From assembly GCA_038496445.1 (NCBI GenBank), contig JALMLS010000561.1, positions 84,694 to 148,693 on the forward strand: a DNA stretch of 64,000 nucleotides, written 5' to 3'. Positions 38,480 to 51,345 of the stretch are shown here, piece after piece. A program made the translations under genes and the position numbers. How positions within the stretch are numbered: position 1 is the stretch's first letter; each line of letters starts with the position of its first letter. The notes beneath the pieces are model-generated. The model did no database searches, was not told the DNA's origin, and saw nothing but the letters and a program-made list of their open reading frames with translations. Origin of the DNA: Trichosphaerium sp. ATCC 40318 (Eukaryota; Protista; Tubulinea).

Positions 38480-40190
38480 ATGAACAACGGAAGGTAACTT
38501 TAAACGTTTGTTGACTCATCCCGCCAAAAAAATACTTATCAAACTGCCTTTTGTACCTTTCTTACGCCATTTAGTGTTAACGGTACAGCTTTTCCGACTA
38601 ATTTACTCAGTTTACCACCTGACATACTGGTACACCTCCGCAAACGCTAGAAATACCACTACTAACGCGCACATAGGTCGAAATTAGTAATTACGATAAA
38701 GACGCGTTCATTGCCGTCCATTCCCTGTCAAAACAAGCGGCTGTAAGCACTCATTTTACTAAGTACGATATTTTGATACACTTGACATTCAGTGAACGAT
38801 GTGTTATTGATTTTTACCGCTTTTAAGGAGTCTGAGCAAGCGTGGTTTATGGCAGCTCTGGCATAAGAATGGATGTATAAAATACAAGCACTACTTCAAA
38901 GACGGTAAAGAACATGGGCCAATCATGGAGTGGTTCGACAATGGGCAACTACATCAGAAAACTCAAAAAAAGAATGGTAAATATTTTGGTCAAATGAAAC
39001 TATGGCATGAAAATGGTCAATTGTCATTAACTGGTTCTTTAAATTGTAATCAAAAGGCTGATGGAGAGGTAAAACAGTGGTATGACAATGGTAACTTGAG
39101 AAGCTGTATTGTGTTTAAAGATGGTAAACCTGATGGAGAGTCCAAAGAGTGGCATGATAATGGTCAATTAGAAAATCACAGTTATTTCAAGGAAGGTAAG
39201 AAGCACGGAGATGTTAGAAGATGGAATAAACAAGGAATTATGATGTTCAGTGGTAGCTATAAGGACGGACAAGAACAAGGTGAACATAAGACTTGGGACG
39301 GAGAGCATATTATAGAATTTCTTATCTATGGAAAGACAAGTTGTGGCCATGTGTCAGTTGAGGAGAAGAGCTATCACCTAGGCATTTTGTTAAGCTCAAT
39401 ATGCTACAAACAGTATGACGATGATGACAAACAGTGTTATGAAGAGGATGGTAAAGGAATCAGGATCAGAGATAGACGTATAAGTAAGCACTATAGGCGT
39501 AACAAACATGAATCAAAGCATGGAGAATACGTTAAGTATTCTACAGGTGGAGTACTTGAAGTTCAGTGTTTTTACAAAGAAGGGCGTAAAGACGGTGCTC
39601 ACAAAGAGTGGCACAGTAATGGTCAGTTAAAGTCTGAAATGTTTTACAAAGATGACAAGATGGAAGGAGAAGATAAAGCATGGAATAGCAGAGGACAATT
39701 GGTCAGACAGTTTAACTATGTTGAAGATGAGAAGGACGGAGTATGTAAAGAATGGAGTGATGGTGGATGTTTAATTACACTCTGTTGTTACAAGAAAGGT
39801 GATCTAGATGGAGAGTTTGAGACGTGGCATAGTCGTGGTATTTATAATACTCATTGCTTCTATAACAACTCGGTTAATGTTGGGAAGTATCAGGAATGGA
39901 ATAATAAGGGGAGATTGATAAAAGAATGTTTTTACAACAAAGATGGAAATAAAGAAGGAGACTACAAAAGATGGTATGATTATGGAGAATTAGAAAAGTC
40001 TTGCTATTACAAGAATGGCGTAAAACATGGGTTGTTTATGCATAATAAGAAAAGGCGAGGTGTTGAATATAAAGGCTTTGATAATGGCAAAGAAATCAAT
40101 TATAAGGAGATATATGACGAGAATATGGCACTTAAAGAAGAAAATGTAAAACTTAAGGAACAAATAAGGGCATTGTTAAATAAACAGTAA
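38480..40190 (+). CDS. F-box plus MORN-variant (YwqK-like) repeat protein with C-terminal coiled coil
   Basis: Exons 38480-38493, 38575-38629, 38677-38762 and 38828-40190 join in frame: MNNGSVNGTAFPTNLLSLPPDILVEISNYDKDAFIAVHSLSKQ.. then about 14 GxxxxWHxNGQL repeats. Confidence 0.8.
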
Positions 40191-40821
40191 AGTTTTGATT
40201 CATGGAAGAAAATAACAGAAGTATTGTTTAAGATATCCAACGTGGATATGTACAATTCCACACAAGTAGATGACAAGTTTGTGCTTGAACGTAGGGTAAA
40301 CTTGTCCTTATTTTTAAGAGAACTATTAATTCAACTGGAGCCAAATAAGGCCTATTAAATACTGACTAGCATTTATTGGGCCTTCTTGGATGAGCGAAAA
40401 GCGTACTTTGGCACCTAAATAAACTCGTTATTTTGACAGAAGTTTACTTGTGTCACGTGACCTACACAAGCAGCGCTAAACAATAGGCCACAAAAACCAG
40501 TACGTTTATTGATAGTCATAAATATCCGCACGTGTAACGTAAAAATGGCAGTGAAAAAATGTCTGTTTGAATGGTCTTGATTTTCTCGATTTCTTTTTGT
40601 TTTTATCTCCTGTGTACACTTTGTTCCGTATTGCCGAACAAAATTACGCGTCATTTAGAGGTTAGTGAGTTTGAAAACGCTTTTGTTGATAAACCTTTAT
40701 TATTTCTGCTCTAAACGCCAAGTGGTCTTAAGAAACCGCGTTTACCAAACTATAAAGCCTTCTCATAGTTTTTTAGCGAAAAGAAGTAAGAAACGTACTG
40801 AATCACTCACAAACACCTTAA

Positions 40822-41391
40822 ATGAGATTGAGTCGCACGTATACAGATGTTTGGACCGTAATTGATTGCAGAAATGGCGGTCGTAGAATAAAAAGGCTAC
40901 CAGTCGCATGTCCTACGATGGCAGAGGCCAACGCTGAGGCCAAAGCGATATTCTGGTCGTACGGTAGTGACTTAGATGATCCAGACGAAACAGACGAGCC
41001 AGGAAAACCGTATGAAGCATTTTCTTCAACTTGTATTGGTTCTGGATCTATTATGATCACAGTAGAAGAGCTATCACCAGGTTATATGACAGTCAAAGAA
41101 CTAAGAGCGCTGTGCGAGAAGTGGGGACTCTCAAGCAAAGGGAAAAAAAATGAGCTTAAATCAGCTTGTTTTCAAGAAATGACAAAAATCCAAGCGAAAA
41201 AAGAAGCAGATGAAGAAGAGGATGAGGATGAAGATGAGGACGAAGAAGAGGCTGACGATGAGGATGAAGGTAGTGTTAGGGATGATGGTAAAGTAGAAGC
41301 GGTGAAAAAGACCAATAAAAAGAGAAAGACAACAAATACAGAGGAAGATGCCGAAGTGTCCAAACGTCAAAAAATCGAGAAAAAAAAATAA
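40822..41391 (+). CDS. SAP-domain protein with acidic tract and basic NLS-like tail
   Basis: MTVKELRALCEKWGLSSKGKKNELK fits SAP consensus; poly-D/E; KKRK and KRQK; true start may lie upstream. Confidence 0.7.
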   Translation: MRLSRTYTDVWTVIDCRNGGRRIKRLPVACPTMAEANAEAKAIFWSYGSDLDDPDETDEPGKPYEAFSSTCIGSGSIMITVEELSPGYMTVKELRALCEKWGLSSKGKKNELKSACFQEMTKIQAKKEADEEEDEDEDEDEEEADDEDEGSVRDDGKVEAVKKTNKKRKTTNTEEDAEVSKRQKIEKKK

Positions 41392-41596
41392 AAAAACGCT
41401 TAATTAGTTGACGTCTTGTCTACTGATCAGGTTAAAATTAAGCGCTATTGGTTAACAATAATATACAATATGCATTATGTTGGTATAAAACCATTGAAGA
41501 GAGGAAGGCTGCGAGATTATTTGACAAACCTGTTTTTCAGTGAATATTGAAGCTTGTTGAACTGTACTTGGTTCAAATTACAGATTACCCTCAGGT

Positions 41597-42517
41597 ATGA
41601 CAGATACTAATACAGGTACGTGTCACGGAAGTATTTAGCTACGTCAGTGATAATTTAAGCTAATGATTGCGTAATAGACGCAACAACACCTAGCAACGCT
41701 GAAGCGGCCTTAATTAGCGAGACTGTGTTGCGTTTGTACAATTGTCGTATTTCTCCGCCAGATTTTGACATTTACTCTGAAAAGATGGTGTTTGAAGACC
41801 CACTTGTGCATATAGTAGGTATTGTTATCATGTTATCTTTCGATTGAACTCTCACGGAGAAATAGGCGCCAAATGCTTCCAAGCCGTAATGTATGCGATG
41901 CCCTTACTATTTAAAGACGCTAACTGCGAAATGATGAACTGCCAAAACGATACAACCGATTTGAAGCCAGGTAACAACAAAAACAGAAAAAAACGTTAAC
42001 TCTTTTTGCCTTTTTTTTTCCCAAAAGTTTTTTGACATGTGCTCTACAGATATTATCACAAGACTTCCAAAAACTGATCAAATCATATCATTTAATATGA
42101 ATCTATCGTATACAATACGTGGACTTGGCTTTCAGTGTAATTTACCAACAAAAATCTTTCTGGAACTTGAAAAAGGAAAAATTATTCGACATCATGATTG
42201 TTGGTACGCTTCAACAACTTGACCCATCACACGTGTTCGCTCACAGTATCACGTGGTATTATTATTATTATTTCTTTTAAAGAAGGGTTGTATCATTGCA
42301 GTTGCTGTTACAGTAGACTTGCATGCACGCAGTCATGTTGTAGTTGTCACGTCTTAAAAGTGCTTTTAGGTTCAGCAGAGAGGTTTTCGGAATGTCACGT
42401 TGGAATCCATGGTTTTATGCTCGTGCATTCCAAGGATGGTCTTGTGGTTTCCTTATGCGTGGTACAAGAGATAGAGCTTTCAAAGAATGGAATGATAAAG
42501 CAGCAAAAGACATGTAA
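41597..42517 (+). CDS. SnoaL/NTF2-like fold protein
   Basis: IYSEKMVFEDPL..G and GKIIRHHDCW motifs; 5 exons in frame to ..KAAKDM*. Confidence 0.7.
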
Positions 42518-42540
42518 TTTTATTAATAAACTTGTTCCTT

Positions 42541-43803
42541 TTAGATATAAATATTTGCTCGCATTATTCTCTTTAGAGTACTAGTCTCTTTTGGACTCAG
42601 TCTGTCCCAGAATGTTATTTTTGATACTTGAGATGCCATATCTTGCTTTGGCTGAACATAACTGCGAGTGAAGTTTGCTAGCAAAGCAGATCTATCAACT
42701 AGAGAAAAAGTTATAAAAGGATTTAATGTCAACGAAGTTATTACTTGATGTTTTGTTAGGTCTCTGAGTATGCCACCATCCTCCATGAGCTATGAGAACA
42801 TGACCCTTCTCTGCTTCTAGAATCTTAATACTCTCCTTTTAAAAAATTCAGTCAATCAACTGTGGTGCACACGTGGACTCACTTTACTATTGTTAATCGT
42901 TGAGCTATCTGGCCATCTTTTAAAGACATGAGACTTTTCAAAGAACCCAGTACCACCGTTTTCCTTTGTAAAGTCATCTAGTAACCATAATACCTGAGCA
43001 CTGATAGGAGCCACAGGCCAAGGATACTCCAAATCATGATACGGGTAATCAACGTGCCTGAATAAAAGAGTTACAACTTTAACTTTAAAAAACATCTTTG
43101 TTCGTACCACCCAGCATCTCCATGAGTTTTCATGTTTGGTAATAACGTATTAGAACTCCATGTTGCACATCTAAAATTAGACCCAAGGTACCAAGTCATG
43201 ATCGCCTCCACAACAGGATTTGATGCAATTTTAGCAAAGAATGGATGCAATTCAAGTATACAACTAATACGATGTTGGAACTCATTCCTTGATCCTTTAC
43301 CAGCCTTCTCCATAGAGGAAAGTATTGATTTAACCTCATCAGCAAACTCTCGTGGCATAATAGGAAGAAGAACAAACCCATTCGAGATGAGGTTATGAAC
43401 AGCGACACTAATATCAAAAACCTGTTCTCCAAGCTTGATTTTAAGAGAATCTGTTTCCCACTTGGTTTCTTTTTCTTCTTGTCCTTTAATGGATACAAAC
43501 AGACCTAAATGAGTATACAAAGATATACTAGACCCTTCTTTGTTTATCTTAAAGAGTTCCCATTCCTTGTAGGTGAGTTTGAGCTTGTTTTCATTAAAAC
43601 GTTATTAGTACCTTACAATGAGGCACAAAACGGACTGTTCTATCATCCCACGCGCTTAGATAAAGTCCTCCAGTTGTTCTAAACGAAAAAAGGCCAGGGG
43701 TCTCTTCTGTAGCTTTAAAGTAATGTGGTTCGTTCGCTAGTATTCTTTTATCCCCTTCAAGGCTTAAAAAAAGACCTAGCGGACATTTGAGGCTTGTAAT
43801 CAT
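42541..43803 (-). CDS. PhyH-family Fe(II)/2-oxoglutarate dioxygenase with N-terminal fascin-like beta-trefoil segment
   Basis: GWHVDYPY (HxD), WLLDDFTKENGGT, GGWWH (distal His), RSALL; N-terminus FSFRTTGGLYLSAWDDRTV..EWELFKI. Confidence 0.85.
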
Positions 43804-44366
43804 CTTGTTAAAAGAATAAACAAAAAAGTAATGAGATTTCTGTTCCGTTTCAGATTCACGTAATATCTGACAACTAGTTGCACATCATCTGGCTGCTTTT
43901 GTTCTCACGTCCGCTTTTTAAGGTCGTAAGCCTCTGTTAGGTATTGATTTATACTCCAGCGATGGCAGAATCTAACAAGAATGCGACTTTTGGGCGCTTT
44001 GTATACACGTGTTGTTAATTAAACGCCAAACCTTGCTACAGAGCATCTCGGGCCCTATACGATGTATGCTATTACAGTACTGTTTGAAATATTTTCGTTT
44101 TATGTTTCTAATGAAGCAGGGCAAGACATCAACTACACTTGCTGTGCAGCATAGGTCTCACCGTTTTACGGTAGTACTAGTTGTGAATCATTTATCAAAG
44201 CAAGCAAAAAGAACTGCCTTTTAGACAAACCGTAGGAAACATCATAGGCTTCATACAGAGCGTAGACTTTATCAATGCTGCAAAAGATTACACGTGATTA
44301 TTTGAGGTTTAAGTCCACTGTTTGGCGATAGTTTTTGAATAAAAAACACTAAAATAGCGTCCTCGC

Positions 44367-46772
44367 ATGCCCTTCTATGCATCTTTGACAATTTTACTTG
44401 TTTTAATTATATTTACTTGTCATACAGCTTCACAACAACAAAATGCCCAAAATGCGCTATCTGTAGCTCTTCCTACGAACGGAGATCCTGGTTTTGATAT
44501 AAGAATGCTATCTGATTTTACTTCTGCTTTTCATAGTACGCGTGGAGTTTTAGAGATGTATTTTTTGTTTAGAATTACTTTGGGACTTTACTTATGGCTG
44601 TTTTTTAAAGCTTGTACATATGTTTCCTTTGATATTACAGTCGCTCAAACACAAGTACACGATGGACTACTTGTTGTATCTTTTCTTGGTGCTATGGATG
44701 TTCTTCGCGTTATAGATCCTCAAAATTGCAGAATTGTACGTGTTTAAAGACGATAATTGAAAACAGAAAAAAAATCACGTGACATTAACATTTGAACCCT
44801 GTATAAGCTTCAGTACGCTTACAAGTGTGCGGAGATATCTAGTATTAGTTTATAGTTACAATTGATCACGTGATTTTTTTCTTTTTGGCTGTCTAGCACT
44901 AACAACTACATAAAAAGGTGCAAAACTGCTTCGGAACTTATTTGGGATTGACTTATGACCCTGTATCTAATACTACTTATGTTGGTGTAAACAACAATAT
45001 AGGTAGTATTGACCTTGATACATGCGTCGTTACAGATGTATGTGATACCTCATTTATGACACGCCAACGTACGAACCAATAAATTCTTACAAACTGTACT
45101 AATTGCAAGCAACAGTCGAGTTGATGGGCGGATCACTGTATGTCACCTCTGAAACCCAAAACGTAGTTGTAGTCGAAAACTTCCCAGCATCTTGCGCCGC
45201 TACTAATACAATCACGATGCCTTGTGATAACCTAGAAGGTACGTTAATAAACCAAGCAAAATGTGACAAACATTAATCACGTGTTCATAACAGATATTAC
45301 TTCAATTGGAAATGAGAGTTTGTTTTTGACTTGCCCTGATTTCATCACGACAACTTTTTTCGAAATATTCGATACAACTTCAATGATTTCAGTTCCTTTC
45401 GATACACTCACAGGAAGCAGATTAAGTGTGGCATCTATATACTTCCAACCACCTCGAATTCTAAGACTAGTTAACGAGATGGGCGATGAACTCGCTGTAG
45501 TTTATGATGGAAGTGTAATCGACATTGACTCACTTGGTGGAGCACAGTTAGTTGCTTTGCAACCAATTGATCAGCCTGTGGCTCCAACGACAGCTTCTTA
45601 CGTTATTAACGGTGTTATGAGTTCAAGCACTTCTGCTCCTTTCCGAAGTGATCTGTTCCCTGCTGCAAGAGGTAATGAAATTTTTTAGTTTGTTGGATTA
45701 GGTTAAAGTGCTTTGGTTCTTATGTTTCTTCTCTCAGGTACTGTCGTTGTGGAGTACACTGAAGGACCTATTATGACAAGGTTTTCCTTCGTTTTTAACC
45801 GTGCGCAAATATCAGGCGATCCACATTTTGTTGGGTTTGAAGGGCAACACTATGACTTTCATGGATACCCTAATACAGTTTTCAAGTACAAAGTTTTTTG
45901 GAAGTTTATTTTTTTGAACTTTGAGTTAACCCTAATCGCGTAGTATCATATCAGATGAGTATATTCAAGTAAATTCTTTATTCCTAAATGCTGATTTACG
46001 TCCACAAAAAGTAAAAACTTACATGGGCGCTGTGGGTATTAAAGGTAACAAGAATTCTAAAAAAAACCCAAAAAATACAATATTTAATTTTTACGTAATT
46101 AGTGTGCCATCCAGAACGAGGTCAGTTGCATTTTCTATTCGCGTGTAATCGCAGTACTCAAGAAGGAGTTATTAAACTACAAAGCGCTGATGGAGATGTT
46201 AATATTTTGCCAAAAACAACTCATTCATATGGAGATCAACTCACTGTAAAAAGGTTAGTTTTCTCTTCTTTGTACAAATCACGTGTTATCTATAATTCCA
46301 CTCACGTGTTATCTATAATTCCACTATACTAATTTATTTAACCAAGGAGCTCATTGGAAAATGCTAAAACAACAGTGACGACTTCATACGGCTACAATTT
46401 TCAGTTCAGGTTCTCCAGTAGCAGTCACTCATCATGCCATATTAACATGAGATCAAAATACAACAAAAAGGAGCACAGCCATACTATAAGGCCCCACGGT
46501 ACGCCACATGTTTGACGTTCGCTCTAATTAACCTGTTGAATACAGGTGTACTTGGTCAATCTACAAGGATCACAGCGAATGCGATTGGAGAAGGTCCAAA
46601 CTCTTTGAATATTCTTGAGGGCAAAGTTGAGGATTATATTGAACTTGACCTGTTTTCAAGTCTTTCAAAGTTCACCCTTTATAAACCGTCTTGTTCTTCT
46701 AGTACTAAAATACAACAACAAGATATGAAAAACGAAGTGCAAGACGATAAAGGATACGCATGGACCGAGTAA
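44367..46772 (+). CDS. Secreted protein with C-terminal VWD-like (GDPHF) domain
   Basis: Signal peptide; SGDPHFVGFEGQHYDFHG, IQVNSLF, TYMGAVG, PHGVLGQS. Confidence 0.75.
46279..46324. repeat. 23-bp tandem duplication in an intron; each unit carries CACGTG
   Basis: TCACGTGTTATCTATAATTCCAC x2. Confidence 0.9.
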
Positions 46773-48250
46773 TAGAAAGATTAACATGTTATGTGTAGAA
46801 TAAAAACTGTGTTTCATTTTTATAGCTCTATTTGTTGGGTGGTTTTTTTTGGCCAACACCATCACTATTGGGAGTAATAAATTGATATCTAATATTCTAT
46901 CACGTGTATTCTATGGCTGATTTAAAGTGTTCTAATTCTACGTTACAGTGCTTCTTTCTACATTTGCAAAAAGCAGAATAAAACAAATTTGAAGCCTTTA
47001 CTTCTCCTTCGTGGATACCACCTAACTTGGTTTCTGTAACCTAAAATACGCTATTCAATTTAAAAGGTTTTATGGTGCTATTAAATATAACAATGACTTA
47101 CGGTTACAACCTACACAGAGAAAAAAAACTGTGCACAGTTTTTTTAGTTTGTGAGTCACTATGAACTAAAGGAACATTTCTCTATAGTTTACAAAGACGT
47201 ACATCGACATACGTTTATCAAAAAAATGGGTAAGGTTTATTTCAAAAAAACTACATACTAAACCTTGGGTGTAAACAAACTTAATGCTTTATACACACAG
47301 AGCTCGTTGTTTTATCTTCCCATTTTCTCCCTAGTCATGAAAATAGGAAGTACCCAACTATGAAGAAAAGAATCAAGTTGTGGAAGCAGAAGATCCAGAT
47401 AATAATCAACATAGTTTGGTTCAATTAAAACAATCCATTTCGCTTAGATTGATTTCAAATAACAGAATTACTCACATGCTGGTCACAGTCACTAAGTTAT
47501 CTAACTCCCTGTCCCATGTGGCTTGTTACAAACATTGTTGCCGCCCTATAATCATAGATCATAGCTGTATGTAAATACCAATGACCTGTATTTTGTGAAA
47601 CATCACGTGAAGTTTTTCGTTGTTTTTTTTTTATTTGTCCGGTTGGCAACATGAATTTTTTTCTGTGACAAATCAGATCTCTAACCCGCTCGAAGAAGTT
47701 AATGAGCGTACCCTTACCAAGGTTCACCAATGTGGTAATAAAATTAATACTATTTTTCAATGTAACTTGTATGTTTAAGTGAACCTTGTATTGCATGATG
47801 CATACCCGACTATTTTTTTCGTTTCTACACAACATATACTTTAATACTATTGTGAACATAAACCACGTGATTCTAACTCACACATGAAGACACTACTTTT
47901 TATATTTCGCTCGGAAAAAGATTTTTCACATAATCATTTCTATTGATTGATTTCAACCCCAAATCTGTCCATATGCGTAGTTTGATAGTAGTTGATGACA
48001 GTAGTAGTCTTAAAAGTTTAAAGTTGTGAACCAGAGGTATCATCCACAAGACCTCGTAATAATAATACTGAAATTTCTGATCCCTTGTCTCCACTTTAAT
48101 TTACAAACCGACAAAAGAAAGTAGAATAAAAAAGTACTGCCTTTTTTTTTGGTGTAACTGCGCACCAAAATTGTGCCGATTTTCTCCATTTTTCTGACTA
48201 AGAATACAAACGTTGACATTGCAATTACATTAATAGCAACAACACGTACA

Positions 48251-51138
48251 ATGCTTGGCAATACTAGACTTCTAGTTCTTGTGTGCGTTGCAATACATCA
48301 ATTTGCATCAGTAAACGCAGCCTTCAACTCTTCAGCATACACCAATAGTAAGGAAATCGTATCTGGAAAGTATACAGTGTATTGGAGGGTTGATGAAGCT
48401 AATAATGACATTTTTCTGGCATTAAAAGCGGAAACATTAGGATACGTCGCTTTTGGTATCGGTGAACCCACAAGCGGAAGGTACAGAACAGAGTAGCATA
48501 TGTTTTAGCTGTCCTAAGTCATAATAATCCAAATAAAACTAACTTGCATATCTCCTTAGCATGGGCGGTTCGGATATTGTTTATGGATTTGTAGACGGTA
48601 AGCAGTTTTTTTTGGAATTGCAAATAAAACAAAGAGTTCGGGTTTATTGGCGGATTGAGGCCGAACGTTTATTTTTGTTCTTGTATGAAAGTCTACAAAG
48701 CTTACTGTTACTTAGATACTACCGGAAGAAAAGAAGTTAACGATATGTACAGTACAAAGGTACGCAAGTTGCACACTAAAAAAGATATTCTCCTTTTTTA
48801 TTGTTACGGAGAAAAACTAAGTCCGGTTTCAAGTACAAACTACAACTTACCTTTACGTTATCTAGACGGGCTTAACACCAACGAAAGATAATTGTCAACA
48901 CTGGAAAATAGTAGATGCTGAACAAACTGCTACTGAAACGATTATTGAAGTACAAAGGAAGCTTGACACACAAGATCAAAATGTGCGTATTGTTGTAGAA
49001 AATAGCTTTTTTTGGATTTTTTTTTCATTTGCAAACAAAGTGCTCTACGGCTTACTCACTTTATAGGATCGTGTTATCACTTCTGGAGTAAATAGAGTAG
49101 TCGTTGCTTGGGGTAATTCTGATACATTCTCATATCATGGAGAAAATAGAGGTCCGCAGTAGTTTGCTTTCGCTCACTTTGTTTGGTTTTTTGATTTTCG
49201 TACATTCCGAAGAAATTGTTCTTCTCATGCTTTTTCAATAGTTGCTACTACTATTATATTCTTTGGAGATTCACCTCTAGACCCACCACCTGGAACTACA
49301 TTTCAACCTGTCAACATGAAGAGTGCGTTTAGTGTTTTTTGTTTCAGGAGAAAGTAACACGTTTCTGTAGACTACACAATCCCTACTAAGGTTACTACAT
49401 ACGCTTGTCAGTATGTTGAAGTTCCTAGCTCTGCAGCGCTTCATATTGCAATGGTTAGAATAACCTCAGTTGTCATTTATTACATTGTGAAGTAACTTCT
49501 TTTTTATAGTACCAACCTATCATTGATAAAGAAAAATATGTACATCACATGCTCTTACACGACTGTACCGATTTGAAAGCATCTAATCCTACTCTGGTGA
49601 ATTCATGGAAGGGTCCTGGAACCCAATGCGATTCTCCACAGGTATATAAAAACGAGAATTTGAAGACTTCTTTTTTGCCGAAAGAGTATTAAGTAGAACA
49701 CCAACTTACATACTTAGGGGTTAGACGGCTGTAGATTAATGTGGGGTTGGGCTAAAGGTGGCCTTGGTTTCAAGTTCCCCGACAACGTAGGCAAGTATAA
49801 ATGTGTGAAGAACGGTGCTGTTGGGGTCTTTTTTCTTAACTTTTTTGGTGGTTTTTAGGTGCACCTATTGGTGGAAATGGTCCACGTGATCTTGTTGTTG
49901 AGATACATTATGATAACCCAGGTCTTGATCAAAACGTTAAGGATAGGTATGGAAATGTTGAGACCACGTGACAAAAAGATTAGAAAACAGACTCCCTTTT
50001 TGGTTTTAACTAATCTCGTTTAAGTTCTGGTCTTGGTGCATACGTAACACCAACGCTACGTCCATTAGAAGCGGGTATTTTAAGTATTGGTGATCCTTTG
50101 TTGAGACTCGGCAATATCCCTGGAGGTCAGGATGACGTATGATAAATTTTTTACTTTTTTATGATTACTATTCGCTAACGTATTCTAGTACCTTGTTGAA
50201 ACAAGCTGTTCTTCTTCTTGTACAAATGCAGCGCAGTGGAACCAAAACGAGATAACTGTATTCGGTAGTTTCTTACATATGCACGCCTTTGGTACTGTTG
50301 TCTATACAGATTGTTTTAAACGTACTGTTTTCTGATTGTAAAAAAATAGGATCAAGCATTTACACACAAGTTACAAGAGATGGTGCAATAACAACACAAA
50401 GTAATCGTATTGACTTTTGGGACTTTGGTATGTCATTCCTAAGGAACCTTAGTATACTTTTCAGTGTTTCGGTTCTGTACTTTTAACGTACTTCTAACTC
50501 TTTTTTTCTCAAGCTTTCCAACAAACTACAGCAGTAAACTACAATATTACTAAAGGTGACCGTATCAACTTACACTGTAGATACAACACAAAATCAGGTG
50601 GATCAGTAAGGATTGGTCTTGATTCTGATAATGAAATGTGTCAAGCTTACTTGCTTTACTACCCTGCAATGCCTCAAATGAGGTTTGTGTTAATTTTTAG
50701 AATATTCTGTTTGGACTGCATGCTGACTACTTTACAGGTACTGTGGTGTACTTGATGGCAATAAGATATTTTGTGGAGGGTTTGCAGATGTTGTAGACTC
50801 TGTAAGTCCGCCAGCCGGTAACAAAGGTAAGTCCAACGGCCACTTGATATTCTTGTTTTTTTCTGCAATTTGTATTTGTCGTTTTGACATCATTAGATGC
50901 TCCTGATGCTGTTGGTGTCCCATTTATTGAAGTACCTTCAATATGTCCATCTTCTTCTCTTTCTGTTGAAGATACGTTCATCGAACCATCCACAAACCCA
51001 ACAACTGCAGCGCCAACACAATCAATAAGTCCAACTGCACCAATTGCACCTACCACGACTTCAGCACCATCGTCAGCAATGCTCAAGTCCGTCTTCGGAT
51101 CAATATGTATTGCGTTAATGCTATTCTTGGCACTATAA
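48251..51138 (+). CDS. DBH-like (MOXD1-type) copper monooxygenase: DOMON plus Cu-monooxygenase N/C domains, likely GPI or TM anchored
   Basis: GYVAFGIGEPTSGSMGGSDIV (DOMON), VHHMLL, WAKGG, EIHYDNP, FLHMH, EMCQAYLLYYP; hydrophobic C-terminus. Confidence 0.92.
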
Positions 51139-51345
51139 ACCCTATCCTGACTGTACAAGCGTGTAAAAAGACAAAAAACTAAACAAAAGTCTACAAAAAA
51201 ACCCAATAAACAGACTAGTTGACACAACGCCGTTCGCATTTATTGTGGTTGAAATAGTACCTTAGATCAATGATAGCGTTAGTGCTTAACTTAACCAACT
51301 GACACTCTTATTTTATCAGTTTACGTCTGCAATAGCTCTGGAGGT

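Noticed and set aside
42415-42478. Extra PhyH exon overlapping the SnoaL last exon in antisense
   Set aside because: Formally spliceable, but the unspliced end at 42541 is simpler and has a poly(A)-like signal
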